In this document: in pieces, positions 18,981 through 28,332 of the stretch
How positions within the stretch are numbered: the first letter of the stretch is position 1
How the letters are laid out: every line of letters starts with the position of its first letter
DNA from: an uncultured Bacilli bacterium
Lineage (GTDB): Bacteria > Bacillota_I > Bacilli_A > RFN20 > CAG-449
Direction: 5' to 3'
NCBI GenBank assembly: GCA_947632435.1
Contig: CANRPC010000007.1
Location: 15,327-79,326 of the forward strand
Length of the DNA stretch: 64,000 nucleotides
Position numbers and translations under genes: made by a program
The notes under the pieces: generated by a model
Seen by the model: the letters and a program-made list of their open reading frames with translations, nothing else
Told to the model about the DNA's origin: nothing
The model's database searches: none

Positions 18981-21497
18981 ATGAAAAAAAGATTATTAGT
19001 TGCAAGCTTATTAATTGGTAGCACTTGTTTATTAGGAGGATGTAATAATTCCACCAAACCTAGTACATCAAGTAAAGAACCAGTTTCAAGCATTAATTCA
19101 GAAGATGATAGAGTTCTTTCTGTTAAAGAAGTTTTACAACAACCAGATTTAACTAAAGTTACTTTTGAAGGAATTGTTATAGGTTATGATTTTGGTAAAC
19201 TTCATATTATTATTGAAGATGTAGATCAATCTTGTTCAATTCAATTATACAAAAATCCTGGATTTGCAAAAGCAAAAATTGGCGATTTAGTCAGAGTTGT
19301 TGGTTATCGTACATACGATAGAAGTGTTGATAGATTAACACCTGACTCATTAGAGGTTATTTCCTCAAATCATCCATGTAGTTTAGATAATCCAATTGTT
19401 ATTGAAGGCGAAGATTTATTTAAATGGACAAGTGAAAATAGAACAAATAAAGATATTCTTTTCAAAGCATATGAATTTAGAAATGTTGAAATTAAAGAAT
19501 TTGCCTCTAACTATACATATTTAGATAATAAATATGATGAAGAAGGTGGAAGAGGATTAAAAATTGGTATTAAAAATGGAAATTCTTATTTTCCAGTGGA
19601 TGAATTAAATTTAGTACAAGGGCAAAAATATAATATTAAAGCAGTCTTATATGGAATAAGTGATGATTTCTTTGATGAATCACTTGATGGAACTGTTTTA
19701 AGACTTACTATATTAAAACAAGAAGATGTAGAATTAGTTATTGAAAATAAAGAAGAAGCAACTGTTATTGTTTCAGGAACACGTTCTTTTTTAACAACAG
19801 AAACGACGCTTCCAGATTTCAAAACATATTTTAACGTTGTTGATCCAGTGGATGGTAATGTTACTGTAACTGATGAAATGATAACTCATAATGTTGACTT
19901 AAGTAAACCTGGTGTTTATAAAGTTAAGATGGAATATACAAATTCATTGAAAACAACCACGACAAAAGAAATTGAAATCTATGTTACAGATAAAGGTAAT
20001 AGCGTTTCAGAAGTATTAACTCATGTCGAAGAAGGAATTGATATGTATGTCAATGGAGTAGTTCTTGGCTGGAGTTATAATGGTGGTCAAAAGAAAGCTA
20101 TGATTATTCAAGATCCATCAACTGGTGAAGCAATTGAATTCTGGGTAAATAATAAATCAGCATTCCAAAAAATGAAAGTTGGAGATCAAGTATTATTATA
20201 TTCCACAAATTTAGCTTTAGAAAAAGGACTACCTCGTTTAGGTGGAACAGTGACATTACTTGAAACAATTTCTAAGGATAATGAATTATATCCAGCAGTA
20301 GAAATTGATGATATTAGTGCATGGTCAGCTTCTTTAATGGAATCACAAAAATCATTCTTTGGTCGTTATACATTCACTGCTGAATTTGTTGAACAATCTA
20401 GTAGTTATGGATATTTCTTAAAACAAACTGATAGTGAAAAACATATTCTTCAAATTGGTACCTATGAATCAAATTATTCATATAATTTTGTCGCAGGTGA
20501 AAAATATAAAGTTACAGCTGTAGCGCATGGTATATCTGATCCATATTCATCGTTAGAGACAAAATCTATCGTTATGAGATTAAGTATTATGAACGAAAGT
20601 GATGTTGAACATTTAATTGAAAAACCTGATGAAGGTGAAGATGCCACCGTTGTCTTTAATGGTGAAAAATATTATTTAGTTGGTGATGCAAAACCTGATT
20701 TTACAAGTGCCTTTACTGTTGTCGATGCTGTTGATGGAAATGTAACTGTTACTCAAGATATGATCGATAATCCAATGGATATGAATAATGAAGGAAATTA
20801 TGAAATCACTTTAACTTACACTAATACTGAAGGTCATAAAACCATTTATAAAACAACAGTAAATGTTTCATTATATGGATTAAGTGTAAGTGAAGCAATT
20901 GCCTTAAAAGGAACTAATACTCCATTATATTTCAATGGATATGTAAGTGGATTTGCGATTAATTCAAGCAATAATAAAACTGCAGTAACAATTGAAGATA
21001 CAGAAAATGGTGAAACAATTGAATTTTGGGCCAATGATCATTCTGATTATAGAAGTAAATTTAATGAATATAAAGTCGGTGATCATGTTGTAATTAAAAC
21101 TGATTGTACAAAAGATAATAAAGGTTTACCAAGAGCGGGTAATGTTAAAAATCAAACTAAACCTATTAAAATTATTTCTTCTAATAATCAATTAAAAGAA
21201 CCAAAAGTTATCGAAGATTTAGGAACATTTATTGAAGAAGCAAAAGCCAATAAAACTAATGTATTAGGTAGATATAAATACACTGGAAAAGCAAGTGGTG
21301 CTTCCAATTTATTGGTGGAAAATTCAACATATAAGTTCCAATTAAATAGTTCATATTATGCATATACATTCGAAGCTAATGCTACTTATGAAGTTACATT
21401 TGTTATTCATGGATATAGTGAAGCTCTTGATTCCAAACAAGATGCATCAGTTAGATTTACTATAATGAGTGAAAATGATGTAAGAAAAATTTCATAA
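18981..21497 (+). CDS. Large surface lipoprotein (838 aa) built from three tandem divergent modules.
   Basis: Lipobox LLGGC. An OB-fold-like segment recurs three times (VTFEGIVIGYDFG.., MYVNGVVLGWSYNGG...IEFWVNNKS, LYFNGYVSGFAINSS...IEFWANDHS). A YKVTAVAHGISD / YNIKAVLYGISD / YEVTFVIHGYSE segment also recurs three times, and an Ig-like segment (TVVDAVDGNVTVTQDMI / NVVDPVDGNVTVTDEMI) recurs twice. Confidence 0.6.
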   Translation: MKKRLLVASLLIGSTCLLGGCNNSTKPSTSSKEPVSSINSEDDRVLSVKEVLQQPDLTKVTFEGIVIGYDFGKLHIIIEDVDQSCSIQLYKNPGFAKAKIGDLVRVVGYRTYDRSVDRLTPDSLEVISSNHPCSLDNPIVIEGEDLFKWTSENRTNKDILFKAYEFRNVEIKEFASNYTYLDNKYDEEGGRGLKIGIKNGNSYFPVDELNLVQGQKYNIKAVLYGISDDFFDESLDGTVLRLTILKQEDVELVIENKEEATVIVSGTRSFLTTETTLPDFKTYFNVVDPVDGNVTVTDEMITHNVDLSKPGVYKVKMEYTNSLKTTTTKEIEIYVTDKGNSVSEVLTHVEEGIDMYVNGVVLGWSYNGGQKKAMIIQDPSTGEAIEFWVNNKSAFQKMKVGDQVLLYSTNLALEKGLPRLGGTVTLLETISKDNELYPAVEIDDISAWSASLMESQKSFFGRYTFTAEFVEQSSSYGYFLKQTDSEKHILQIGTYESNYSYNFVAGEKYKVTAVAHGISDPYSSLETKSIVMRLSIMNESDVEHLIEKPDEGEDATVVFNGEKYYLVGDAKPDFTSAFTVVDAVDGNVTVTQDMIDNPMDMNNEGNYEITLTYTNTEGHKTIYKTTVNVSLYGLSVSEAIALKGTNTPLYFNGYVSGFAINSSNNKTAVTIEDTENGETIEFWANDHSDYRSKFNEYKVGDHVVIKTDCTKDNKGLPRAGNVKNQTKPIKIISSNNQLKEPKVIEDLGTFIEEAKANKTNVLGRYKYTGKASGASNLLVENSTYKFQLNSSYYAYTFEANATYEVTFVIHGYSEALDSKQDASVRFTIMSENDVRKIS

Positions 21498-21553
21498 TTA
21501 ACTAATCTATACGGAGGTATTACATAAATTGTAATATCTCCTCTTATTTAAGG

Positions 21554-22564
21554 ATGGAAAAAATGATTGATTTAAAAGATATACAAATTAAATATGGAAA
21601 TTTTGTAGCAATGGATAATTTGAATCTTCATATTAATGAAGGTGAATTCTTTTCCTTTTTGGGACCATCTGGCTCAGGAAAAACAACGGTTTTAAATGCT
21701 TTAGTTGGTTTTTTAAATCCTTCCAAAGGATCAATTTATATTGATAATAAAGATGTGACAAAACTTTCTATTGAGCAAAGAAAAATCGGTATTGTTTTCC
21801 AATCTTATGCATTATTTCCAACAATGAATGTTTATGAAAATATTGCATATGGATTAAGAGTTAGGAAAACTCCAAAAAATGAAATCGATATAATGGTAAA
21901 AGATATTGCAAGAAAAGTAGATTTATCAGATGAACAACTTATGAAAAAAGTATCTGAGTTATCTGGTGGTCAACAACAACGTGTTGCAATTGCAAGAGCA
22001 TTAGTTATAAGACCAAAAATCTTATGTCTTGATGAACCATTATCTAATCTAGATGCAAAATTAAGAGTAAAATTACGTTTAGAATTAAAGAAACTTCAAA
22101 AAGAATTTAAAATTACTACAATTTATGTAACTCACGATCAAGAAGAAGCTTTGACACTTTCTGATCGGTTAGCAATTTTTGATAATGGTAACCTTCAGCA
22201 AGTTGGAACACCAAAAGAAATTTATCAAAATCCTCAAACGGAATTTGTTCAAAATTTTATTGGTGAAACAAATAAACTTGATGGAACATTATGTAAAGAA
22301 ATGTTGAAAGAGTATCAATTGACACTTAATGAAACAAAGCCAGTTTACATTTCAATAAATAATGTAAAAACAGAGAAATTTGAAGGTTGCATAAGTATAA
22401 AAGGTAAAGTAATAAATATTGAATATTTTGGATTTTATGTCAAATATACAATAGAAACAAAAGAAGGATTAAATATTAAATTTATACAATTTAATGATAC
22501 TTCATATGCTTTAGAAGATGAGGTGTGTGTCTATGTTGACCAAGCTAAAATCGTTCAATATTAA
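21554..22564 (+). CDS. ABC transporter ATP-binding protein (PotA/FbpC-like, with a C-terminal TOBE-like domain).
   Basis: Walker A GPSGSGKTT, signature LSGGQQQRVAIARAL and Walker B ILCLDEPLSNLD. Confidence 0.9.
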   Translation: MEKMIDLKDIQIKYGNFVAMDNLNLHINEGEFFSFLGPSGSGKTTVLNALVGFLNPSKGSIYIDNKDVTKLSIEQRKIGIVFQSYALFPTMNVYENIAYGLRVRKTPKNEIDIMVKDIARKVDLSDEQLMKKVSELSGGQQQRVAIARALVIRPKILCLDEPLSNLDAKLRVKLRLELKKLQKEFKITTIYVTHDQEEALTLSDRLAIFDNGNLQQVGTPKEIYQNPQTEFVQNFIGETNKLDGTLCKEMLKEYQLTLNETKPVYISINNVKTEKFEGCISIKGKVINIEYFGFYVKYTIETKEGLNIKFIQFNDTSYALEDEVCVYVDQAKIVQY

Positions 22565-24278
22565 AAATGCATTTAAAAATTTACCATATTTTTTTAAGAA
22601 AAACTGGTTTAATATTATTATCACAATTTTAATAATTTGGGGATTATTTACATTTCTAATTTATCCAAATATAAATATTGTTTTTGAGGCTTTTCAAGAA
22701 AATGGTCATTTCTCATTTAATTCTTTTAAAAAGATTGCTAATTCTAGTCGGGCTTTAAAAAGTTTAGGAAACAGCTTTTTATTAGCAGTTACTTTAGCAA
22801 TTACGGTAAATTTAGTTGGAATATTCATTGTACTAGTTACCGAATATTTTGAAATAAAAGGATCAAAGATTTTAAATGTTGGTTATATGACGACATTTAT
22901 TTATGGTGGAATTGTCTTAGTTTCTGGCTATGTGTTTGTCTATGGTGAAACAGGTATGTTAACACGTATGATTCAAAGCGTGTTTAAAGATTATAAGGCA
23001 TCTTGGTTTACAGGATATATCGGTGTATCATTTGTTATGACTTTTTCTTGTACCTCGAATCATATGTTGTTTTTAAAAAATGCTTTGAAGAAAGTTGATT
23101 CTCACACTATTGAAGCTTCAAAAGCCTTAGGCGCTTCAACATTTACAACCTTTGTTAAGGTAGTATTACCAATTCTCTTACCAACTATTTTCTCTTGCAC
23201 AATACTTGTATTTATTAGTGGTTTAGGAGCTTATGCTGCTCCTGTATTAGTGGGAGGTAAACAATTTCAGACTATCAATCCTTTAATTAGAGCCTTAGTT
23301 TATGACTCACCAAGTATTAGTATTGTTTTATCGGTTATTTTAGGCGCTTTAACAATTGGACTACTTTGTATTTTTACAAGAGTTGAAAAAAAAGGCACTT
23401 ATTATTCTTTGTCAAAGACTAAAGGAATATTTAAAAAGCAAAAAATTGAAAATAAAGTTGTAAATGTAATTGTACATATTCTTGCCTACATATTATTTGT
23501 AATTTATGTTATGCCAATTATTTTTATTGTTATATTCTCATTTACAAATGCCCAAACTATTGCAAGTGGCCAAATTAACTTTTCAAGTTTTACCTTAAAT
23601 AATTATATTGAAGTATTTAAAAATGGAGATACATTAAAACCATTATTAATTAGTACTTTTTATTCAATTATTGCTTCTTTTGTAGTAGTAATGTTAGTCC
23701 TTTTCTTAATAATTTTATCATTTAAATATAAAAATCGACTTACAAGAATTATGAAATATGTTCTTTTAATTCCTTGGTTACTTCCTTCAACTATTATCGC
23801 TCTTGGATTAGTGCAAACATTTAATAAACCTCAGCCTTTAGTTTTTAATCAAGTATTAGTTGGAACTACGTTCATCATTGTAATGGGTTATATTATCCAT
23901 AAAATTCCATTTACAAATCGAATGTTAAATGCCATTTATTATACTGTTGATGGAACATATGAAAAGGCATCAAAAAGTTTAGGTGCAAAAGGATTCTACA
24001 CCTTTAGAAGAGTCACTTTACCAATGATTTTGCCAACAGTTGTAGCTTTAATTGCTATTAATTTTAATAGCTTAATTACTGATTATAATATGACTATTTT
24101 CCTTTACCATCCACTTTATAAAACATTAGGTGTGGAAATTAAAAATCAAACGGACATAATGGCAGGAGGAAATGTCCAAGTGGTCTTACTTGTTTATACT
24201 GTTTTCTTAATGGTATTTTCTGGTTTAGTCCTTTATGTTGCTTATGGCAAATTGCTAAAAAAATTTAAATCTGAATAG
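22533..24278 (+). CDS. Fused double ABC permease (two tandem six-TM permease domains, FbpB/AfuB-like).
   Basis: The protein is about 580 aa with roughly 12 hydrophobic helices in two repeats. The ATG at 22533 is preferred because a GAGGTG RBS lies 7 nt upstream. Confidence 0.8.
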   Translation: MLTKLKSFNIKNAFKNLPYFFKKNWFNIIITILIIWGLFTFLIYPNINIVFEAFQENGHFSFNSFKKIANSSRALKSLGNSFLLAVTLAITVNLVGIFIVLVTEYFEIKGSKILNVGYMTTFIYGGIVLVSGYVFVYGETGMLTRMIQSVFKDYKASWFTGYIGVSFVMTFSCTSNHMLFLKNALKKVDSHTIEASKALGASTFTTFVKVVLPILLPTIFSCTILVFISGLGAYAAPVLVGGKQFQTINPLIRALVYDSPSISIVLSVILGALTIGLLCIFTRVEKKGTYYSLSKTKGIFKKQKIENKVVNVIVHILAYILFVIYVMPIIFIVIFSFTNAQTIASGQINFSSFTLNNYIEVFKNGDTLKPLLISTFYSIIASFVVVMLVLFLIILSFKYKNRLTRIMKYVLLIPWLLPSTIIALGLVQTFNKPQPLVFNQVLVGTTFIIVMGYIIHKIPFTNRMLNAIYYTVDGTYEKASKSLGAKGFYTFRRVTLPMILPTVVALIAINFNSLITDYNMTIFLYHPLYKTLGVEIKNQTDIMAGGNVQVVLLVYTVFLMVFSGLVLYVAYGKLLKKFKSE

Positions 24279-24286
24279 GAGAAATT

Positions 24287-24967
24287 ATGTACATAAAGAA
24301 AACATTAGAAAAATTTTATGAAAATAAAGAATATAAATATTTTCCTGGAAATACAATTATCCATTTTTTAGATAATAAAGATCAGATAAAAATTATTTGT
24401 GAACTAAAAAAAGAGATGGAAAAAAATAGTCTATTTGAAAAGTTTGTTTTTCTTCCAGAAAATAGTTACCATATGACAGTTTGTGATATTGTGACATATA
24501 AAAACTTAAAAGATGATAATAAATATAAATTTGATAGCTCCTCTAATCTATATAATATGGATAAACAAATTGCTTCCTTTTTAAAAGATACTATCTACGA
24601 TTTAAATATTAAGATGGTTCCTAAAAAAATCAAAGCTAAAAAAATTGTTCTTGAGCCAAAAACGGATTTAGATGCTAAAAAATTATCCGAATTTAGATCA
24701 TTTGTTGCTTCAAAAATAGGCATCCAGTTACCAAATAATTACACGTTTCATATTTCATTAGCCTATCAATTAAAAGAATTAAATGAAAAAGAAACGGAAG
24801 AAATGGATAAATTCTTAGAAATCTTAAATAATAAATATTTGCATTTACTTAATGAAATAAATGTAAATAAAGCATATTTTGTTCTATTTAATGATATGTA
24901 TGCTTATGGTTTAATTGAAAATGGAAGATTAAATTTAGGTGTAACAAATAAATATCAAGAAATTTAA
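24287..24967 (+). CDS. 2H phosphoesterase superfamily protein (LigT/2',3'-cyclic phosphodiesterase-like).
   Basis: Two H-x-T/S-x motifs (SYHMTV and TFHISL) are separated by about 90 aa. The gene starts 9 nt after the permease stop and has a TAGGAG RBS. Confidence 0.55.
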   Translation: MYIKKTLEKFYENKEYKYFPGNTIIHFLDNKDQIKIICELKKEMEKNSLFEKFVFLPENSYHMTVCDIVTYKNLKDDNKYKFDSSSNLYNMDKQIASFLKDTIYDLNIKMVPKKIKAKKIVLEPKTDLDAKKLSEFRSFVASKIGIQLPNNYTFHISLAYQLKELNEKETEEMDKFLEILNNKYLHLLNEINVNKAYFVLFNDMYAYGLIENGRLNLGVTNKYQEI

Positions 24968-24983
24968 TTGTTAAACTATTTAT

Positions 24984-25017
24984 CGGCTAATCGTAAATAA
25001 TGCGGTTAGCCTTTTTA
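24984..25017 (+). terminator. Rho-independent terminator ending the ABC/2H operon.
   Basis: GGCTAA / TTAGCC stem followed by TTTTT. Confidence 0.45.
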
Positions 25018-25205
25018 CATTAAAAACAAATTTTTAAACAAAATAAGTTGTTAAATATAATGATTTTTTTAATTAACTAGCATAAATAAAATTTATTACA
25101 TTTTGTTTTGTAAGTTGAAGCAAATAAAAATTTATGCAATAATTTTAAGAGTAAGCCTTTTTAATAAATTAATTATTAAAAATAAGACTTAGTAAGAGGT
25201 TATCT

Positions 25206-27590
25206 ATGAAATATAATCATCAAGAAATCGAAGCAAAATGGCAAAAATATTGGGATGAAAATAAAACATATTTTTGTGATACTCATGATTTTTCTAAACC
25301 AAAATTTTATTGTTTAGATATGTTCCCTTATCCTTCAGGCGCGGGATTACATGTTGGTCATCCAGAAGGGTATACTGCTTCAGATATAATTTGCCGTATG
25401 AAAAGAATGCAAGGCTATAATGTCTTACATCCTATGGGTTGGGATGCTTTTGGGTTACCAGCTGAACAATACGCTATAAAAACAGGAAATCATCCAGGTG
25501 ATTTTACTAATCAAAATATTAATAATTTTCGACGTCAAATTAAAATGCTTGGTTTTTCTTACGATTGGTCTAAAGAAATATCCACTGCAGATCCTAAATT
25601 TTATAAGTGGACACAATGGATTTTTAAGCAATTATATTTAAATAATCTTGCTGAAAATAAAGATATACCTGTCAACTGGTGTGAAGAACTTGGAACTGTT
25701 CTTGCAAATGATGAAGTAATAAATGGTAAATCGGAACGTGGTGGTTATCCTGTTGTTCGTATTAATCATAAACAATGGGTTATTAAAATTACCGAATATG
25801 CGGAAAAACTTTTATCAGGATTAAATAATATTGATTGGCCTAATTCAACTAAAGAAATTCAAAAAAATTGGATAGGTAAATCATATGGTGCTAATGTGCG
25901 TTTTTTTATTGATGACAAAATTTATTTTGATGTCTTTACAACTCGCCCTGATACTTTATTTGGAGTAACATATTGTGTTTTAGCGCCAGAACATCCACTT
26001 GTTTTAAAAATTTGTGATGCTAAACATGAAGATGAAGTTAGAAAATATATTGATTCTTGCCTTCATAAAAGTGAGCTTGAAAGAAAAGAATTAAATAAAG
26101 AAAAAACAGGTGTATTCTTAGGTGCATATTGTATTAACCCTGTTAATGGAAATAAAATACCTATTTATATCGCGGATTATGTCTTGTATTCATATGGTGA
26201 AGGTGCTGTTATGGCTTGCCCTGCTCATGATGAAAGAGATTATGCATTTGCTAAAAAATATCATCTTCCAATTATTGAAGTTTTAAAAGGTGGCGATATA
26301 TCGATTAATGCTTTTTGTGATGATGGTGAACATATAAATTCTTCTTTTTTAAATGGTTTAAAAATTGATGAAGCCAAAGAAAAAATAATTGCATATTTAG
26401 AAAGTATAAATCGTGGTGAAAGAAAAGTTCAATATAAATTAAGAGATTGGATTTTTGCAAGACAACGTTATTGGGGTGAACCAATTCCTATTGTGCATTA
26501 TGAAGATCATGATGAAGTTTTAGATGATAACGAACTACCATTAATTTTACCTAAATTAAATGATTATAAACGTAAAATTGCTTCAAAATCACCATTAGAA
26601 AATAATGAAGAATGGATAAATTATAAAGGTGGTAAAAGAGAATCTGATACTATGCCAGGAAGCGCTGGTTCTTCATGGTATTATTTACGATATATTGATC
26701 CAAATAATGATGAAAAATTTGCAGATTATGATTTATTAAAATTTTGGATGCCAGTAGATTTATATATTGGTGGAGCAGAACATGCGGTTGGACATCTTTT
26801 ATATTCAAGATTTATTAATCATTTTTTATACGATAAAGGTTTTGTGCCAACGGAAGAACCATTTTTAAAAATATTTCATCAAGGTATGATTTTAGGGGAA
26901 AATGGTTCAAAAATGTCTAAATCACTTGGTAATGTTGTTAATCCTGATGATGTTTGTAACAATTATGGCGCGGATACTTTAAGATTATATGAAATGTTCA
27001 TGGGACCACTTGAAGCCTCTTTACCATGGTCAACTGGTGGATTAGAAGGTGCTAGAAAATTTATCGAAAGAGTATTTCGTCTTTTTGTAGAAGAAGAATA
27101 TGTAAAAAAATTTAGTGATATTAATAATCATAAATTAGATTATATATATAATTTTACAGTCAAAAAAGTAACTGATGATTTTTCCTCATTGCAGTTTAAT
27201 ACTGCGATATCACAAATGATGATTTTTATAAATGAAGTTTATAAACAAGATGTTATTTATAAACCTTATCTTGAAGGCTTTTTGAAAATGTTTTTCTGTA
27301 TTTGCCCTCATCTTGGTGAAGAAATATATCATCTTTTAGGACATGAAGAAATTATTGATTATACTTCTTGGCCAAGTTATGATGAAACAAAAATTGTTTT
27401 AGAAGAAAAAGAAATTGGCGTACAAATTAATGGTAAACTTAGAGCCACTTTAAAAATAAAACTCGATTCTGATGAAGAAGAAATAAAAAATAATGCATTA
27501 TCATTAGATATTATAAAAAAATATGTTGATGGGAAAACTATTAAAAAAGTTATTGTAATTAAAAATCGTATTGTAAATATTGTTATTTAA
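25206..27590 (+). CDS. leuS: Leucyl-tRNA synthetase.
   Basis: HIGH-type motif ([13 protein letters not shown]) and the class I KMSKS motif; 794 aa. Confidence 0.95.
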   Translation: MKYNHQEIEAKWQKYWDENKTYFCDTHDFSKPKFYCLDMFPYPSGAGLHVGHPEGYTASDIICRMKRMQGYNVLHPMGWDAFGLPAEQYAIKTGNHPGDFTNQNINNFRRQIKMLGFSYDWSKEISTADPKFYKWTQWIFKQLYLNNLAENKDIPVNWCEELGTVLANDEVINGKSERGGYPVVRINHKQWVIKITEYAEKLLSGLNNIDWPNSTKEIQKNWIGKSYGANVRFFIDDKIYFDVFTTRPDTLFGVTYCVLAPEHPLVLKICDAKHEDEVRKYIDSCLHKSELERKELNKEKTGVFLGAYCINPVNGNKIPIYIADYVLYSYGEGAVMACPAHDERDYAFAKKYHLPIIEVLKGGDISINAFCDDGEHINSSFLNGLKIDEAKEKIIAYLESINRGERKVQYKLRDWIFARQRYWGEPIPIVHYEDHDEVLDDNELPLILPKLNDYKRKIASKSPLENNEEWINYKGGKRESDTMPGSAGSSWYYLRYIDPNNDEKFADYDLLKFWMPVDLYIGGAEHAVGHLLYSRFINHFLYDKGFVPTEEPFLKIFHQGMILGENGSKMSKSLGNVVNPDDVCNNYGADTLRLYEMFMGPLEASLPWSTGGLEGARKFIERVFRLFVEEEYVKKFSDINNHKLDYIYNFTVKKVTDDFSSLQFNTAISQMMIFINEVYKQDVIYKPYLEGFLKMFFCICPHLGEEIYHLLGHEEIIDYTSWPSYDETKIVLEEKEIGVQINGKLRATLKIKLDSDEEEIKNNALSLDIIKKYVDGKTIKKVIVIKNRIVNIVI

Positions 27591-27642
27591 TTCGACATTA
27601 TCTTTTAAGTCTTTATTTATAAGATTTAAAAGGGTGTTAAAA

Positions 27643-27813
27643 TGGTACAAACAGAAATTATTTATAATGTTGATGATAAACAATTTATTGAAGATTTAAA
27701 TTATTTCCTCGAAAAATTAGGAAATCATCGCTTGATTGATATTAAATTTTTTTGTTTAAAAAATGCTGAAGAAATTATTTATCAAGCACTTATTGTATAT
27801 CAAATGGAGTAAT
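27643..27813 (+). CDS. Small ORF (56 aa) not in the supplied track, translationally coupled to the downstream lipoprotein gene.
   Basis: An AAAGGGTG RBS lies 7 nt upstream of the ATG, and the stop overlaps the lipoprotein start. The translation is MVQTEIIYNVDDKQFIEDLNYFLEKLGNHRLIDIKFFCLKNAEEIIYQALIVYQME. Confidence 0.3.
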
Positions 27814-28332
27814 ATGAAAAAGAAAATTTGTCTTATTGGTTTATTAGCTTTAACATTATTATCTTGTAATAAAACAAAACCTAAATTTGATGATGATTTT
27901 ATCAAGATAGTTGAAAATTTAAAAAATGAAGATTATGCCTTTAATAAATTAATTGTTAGTAAAGATTCTGAATATGTTTTTTCTTCCCCTAATATACCTT
28001 TAAATATTAGAGCCTACTATAAAGCATATGAAGATCAATTTCGTTATATCTTTGTTTTAAATTTTGATTATTTAGATAGAGAGGTAAATGATATTCGACT
28101 TGCCTTAGTTAGTCTTAATTCCACAAATTCCATTGTTTCGCAAGTCGGATTTATGAATAATAAAAAAACAATATCAAGTTTTGAAAATAAACAAGAAAAT
28201 AAATATAAAGGCATTCAAATTTTTTTATCTCCTTTTGAAATTAATAAATCAAAAATTCGTTTTTATTTTGAATACAATAACCAAATAGGAAGCTATTATC
28301 AATTTGATGAAGTAAAGGAATATGTAGTATGA
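27814..28332 (+). CDS. Lipoprotein, hypothetical.
   Basis: Signal peptide MKKKICLIGLLALTLLSCNK with lipobox. The start is revised from the track's 27763 to the ATG preceded by GGAG. Confidence 0.5.
   Translation: MKKKICLIGLLALTLLSCNKTKPKFDDDFIKIVENLKNEDYAFNKLIVSKDSEYVFSSPNIPLNIRAYYKAYEDQFRYIFVLNFDYLDREVNDIRLALVSLNSTNSIVSQVGFMNNKKTISSFENKQENKYKGIQIFLSPFEINKSKIRFYFEYNNQIGSYYQFDEVKEYVV

Noticed and set aside
22518-22532. Track start for the permease at 22518 (MRCVSM...).
   Set aside because: The ATG at 22533 is preceded by GAGGTG at ideal spacing. The earlier Met would require a 46-nt overlap with the ATPase gene.
24968-25205. Possible T-box leader upstream of leuS.
   Set aside because: No T-box consensus (AATTAGGGTGGTACCGCG-like) or specifier/antiterminator architecture is visible. 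The only structure is the terminator hairpin of the upstream gene, and the 240-nt spacer is too short and too AT-rich.
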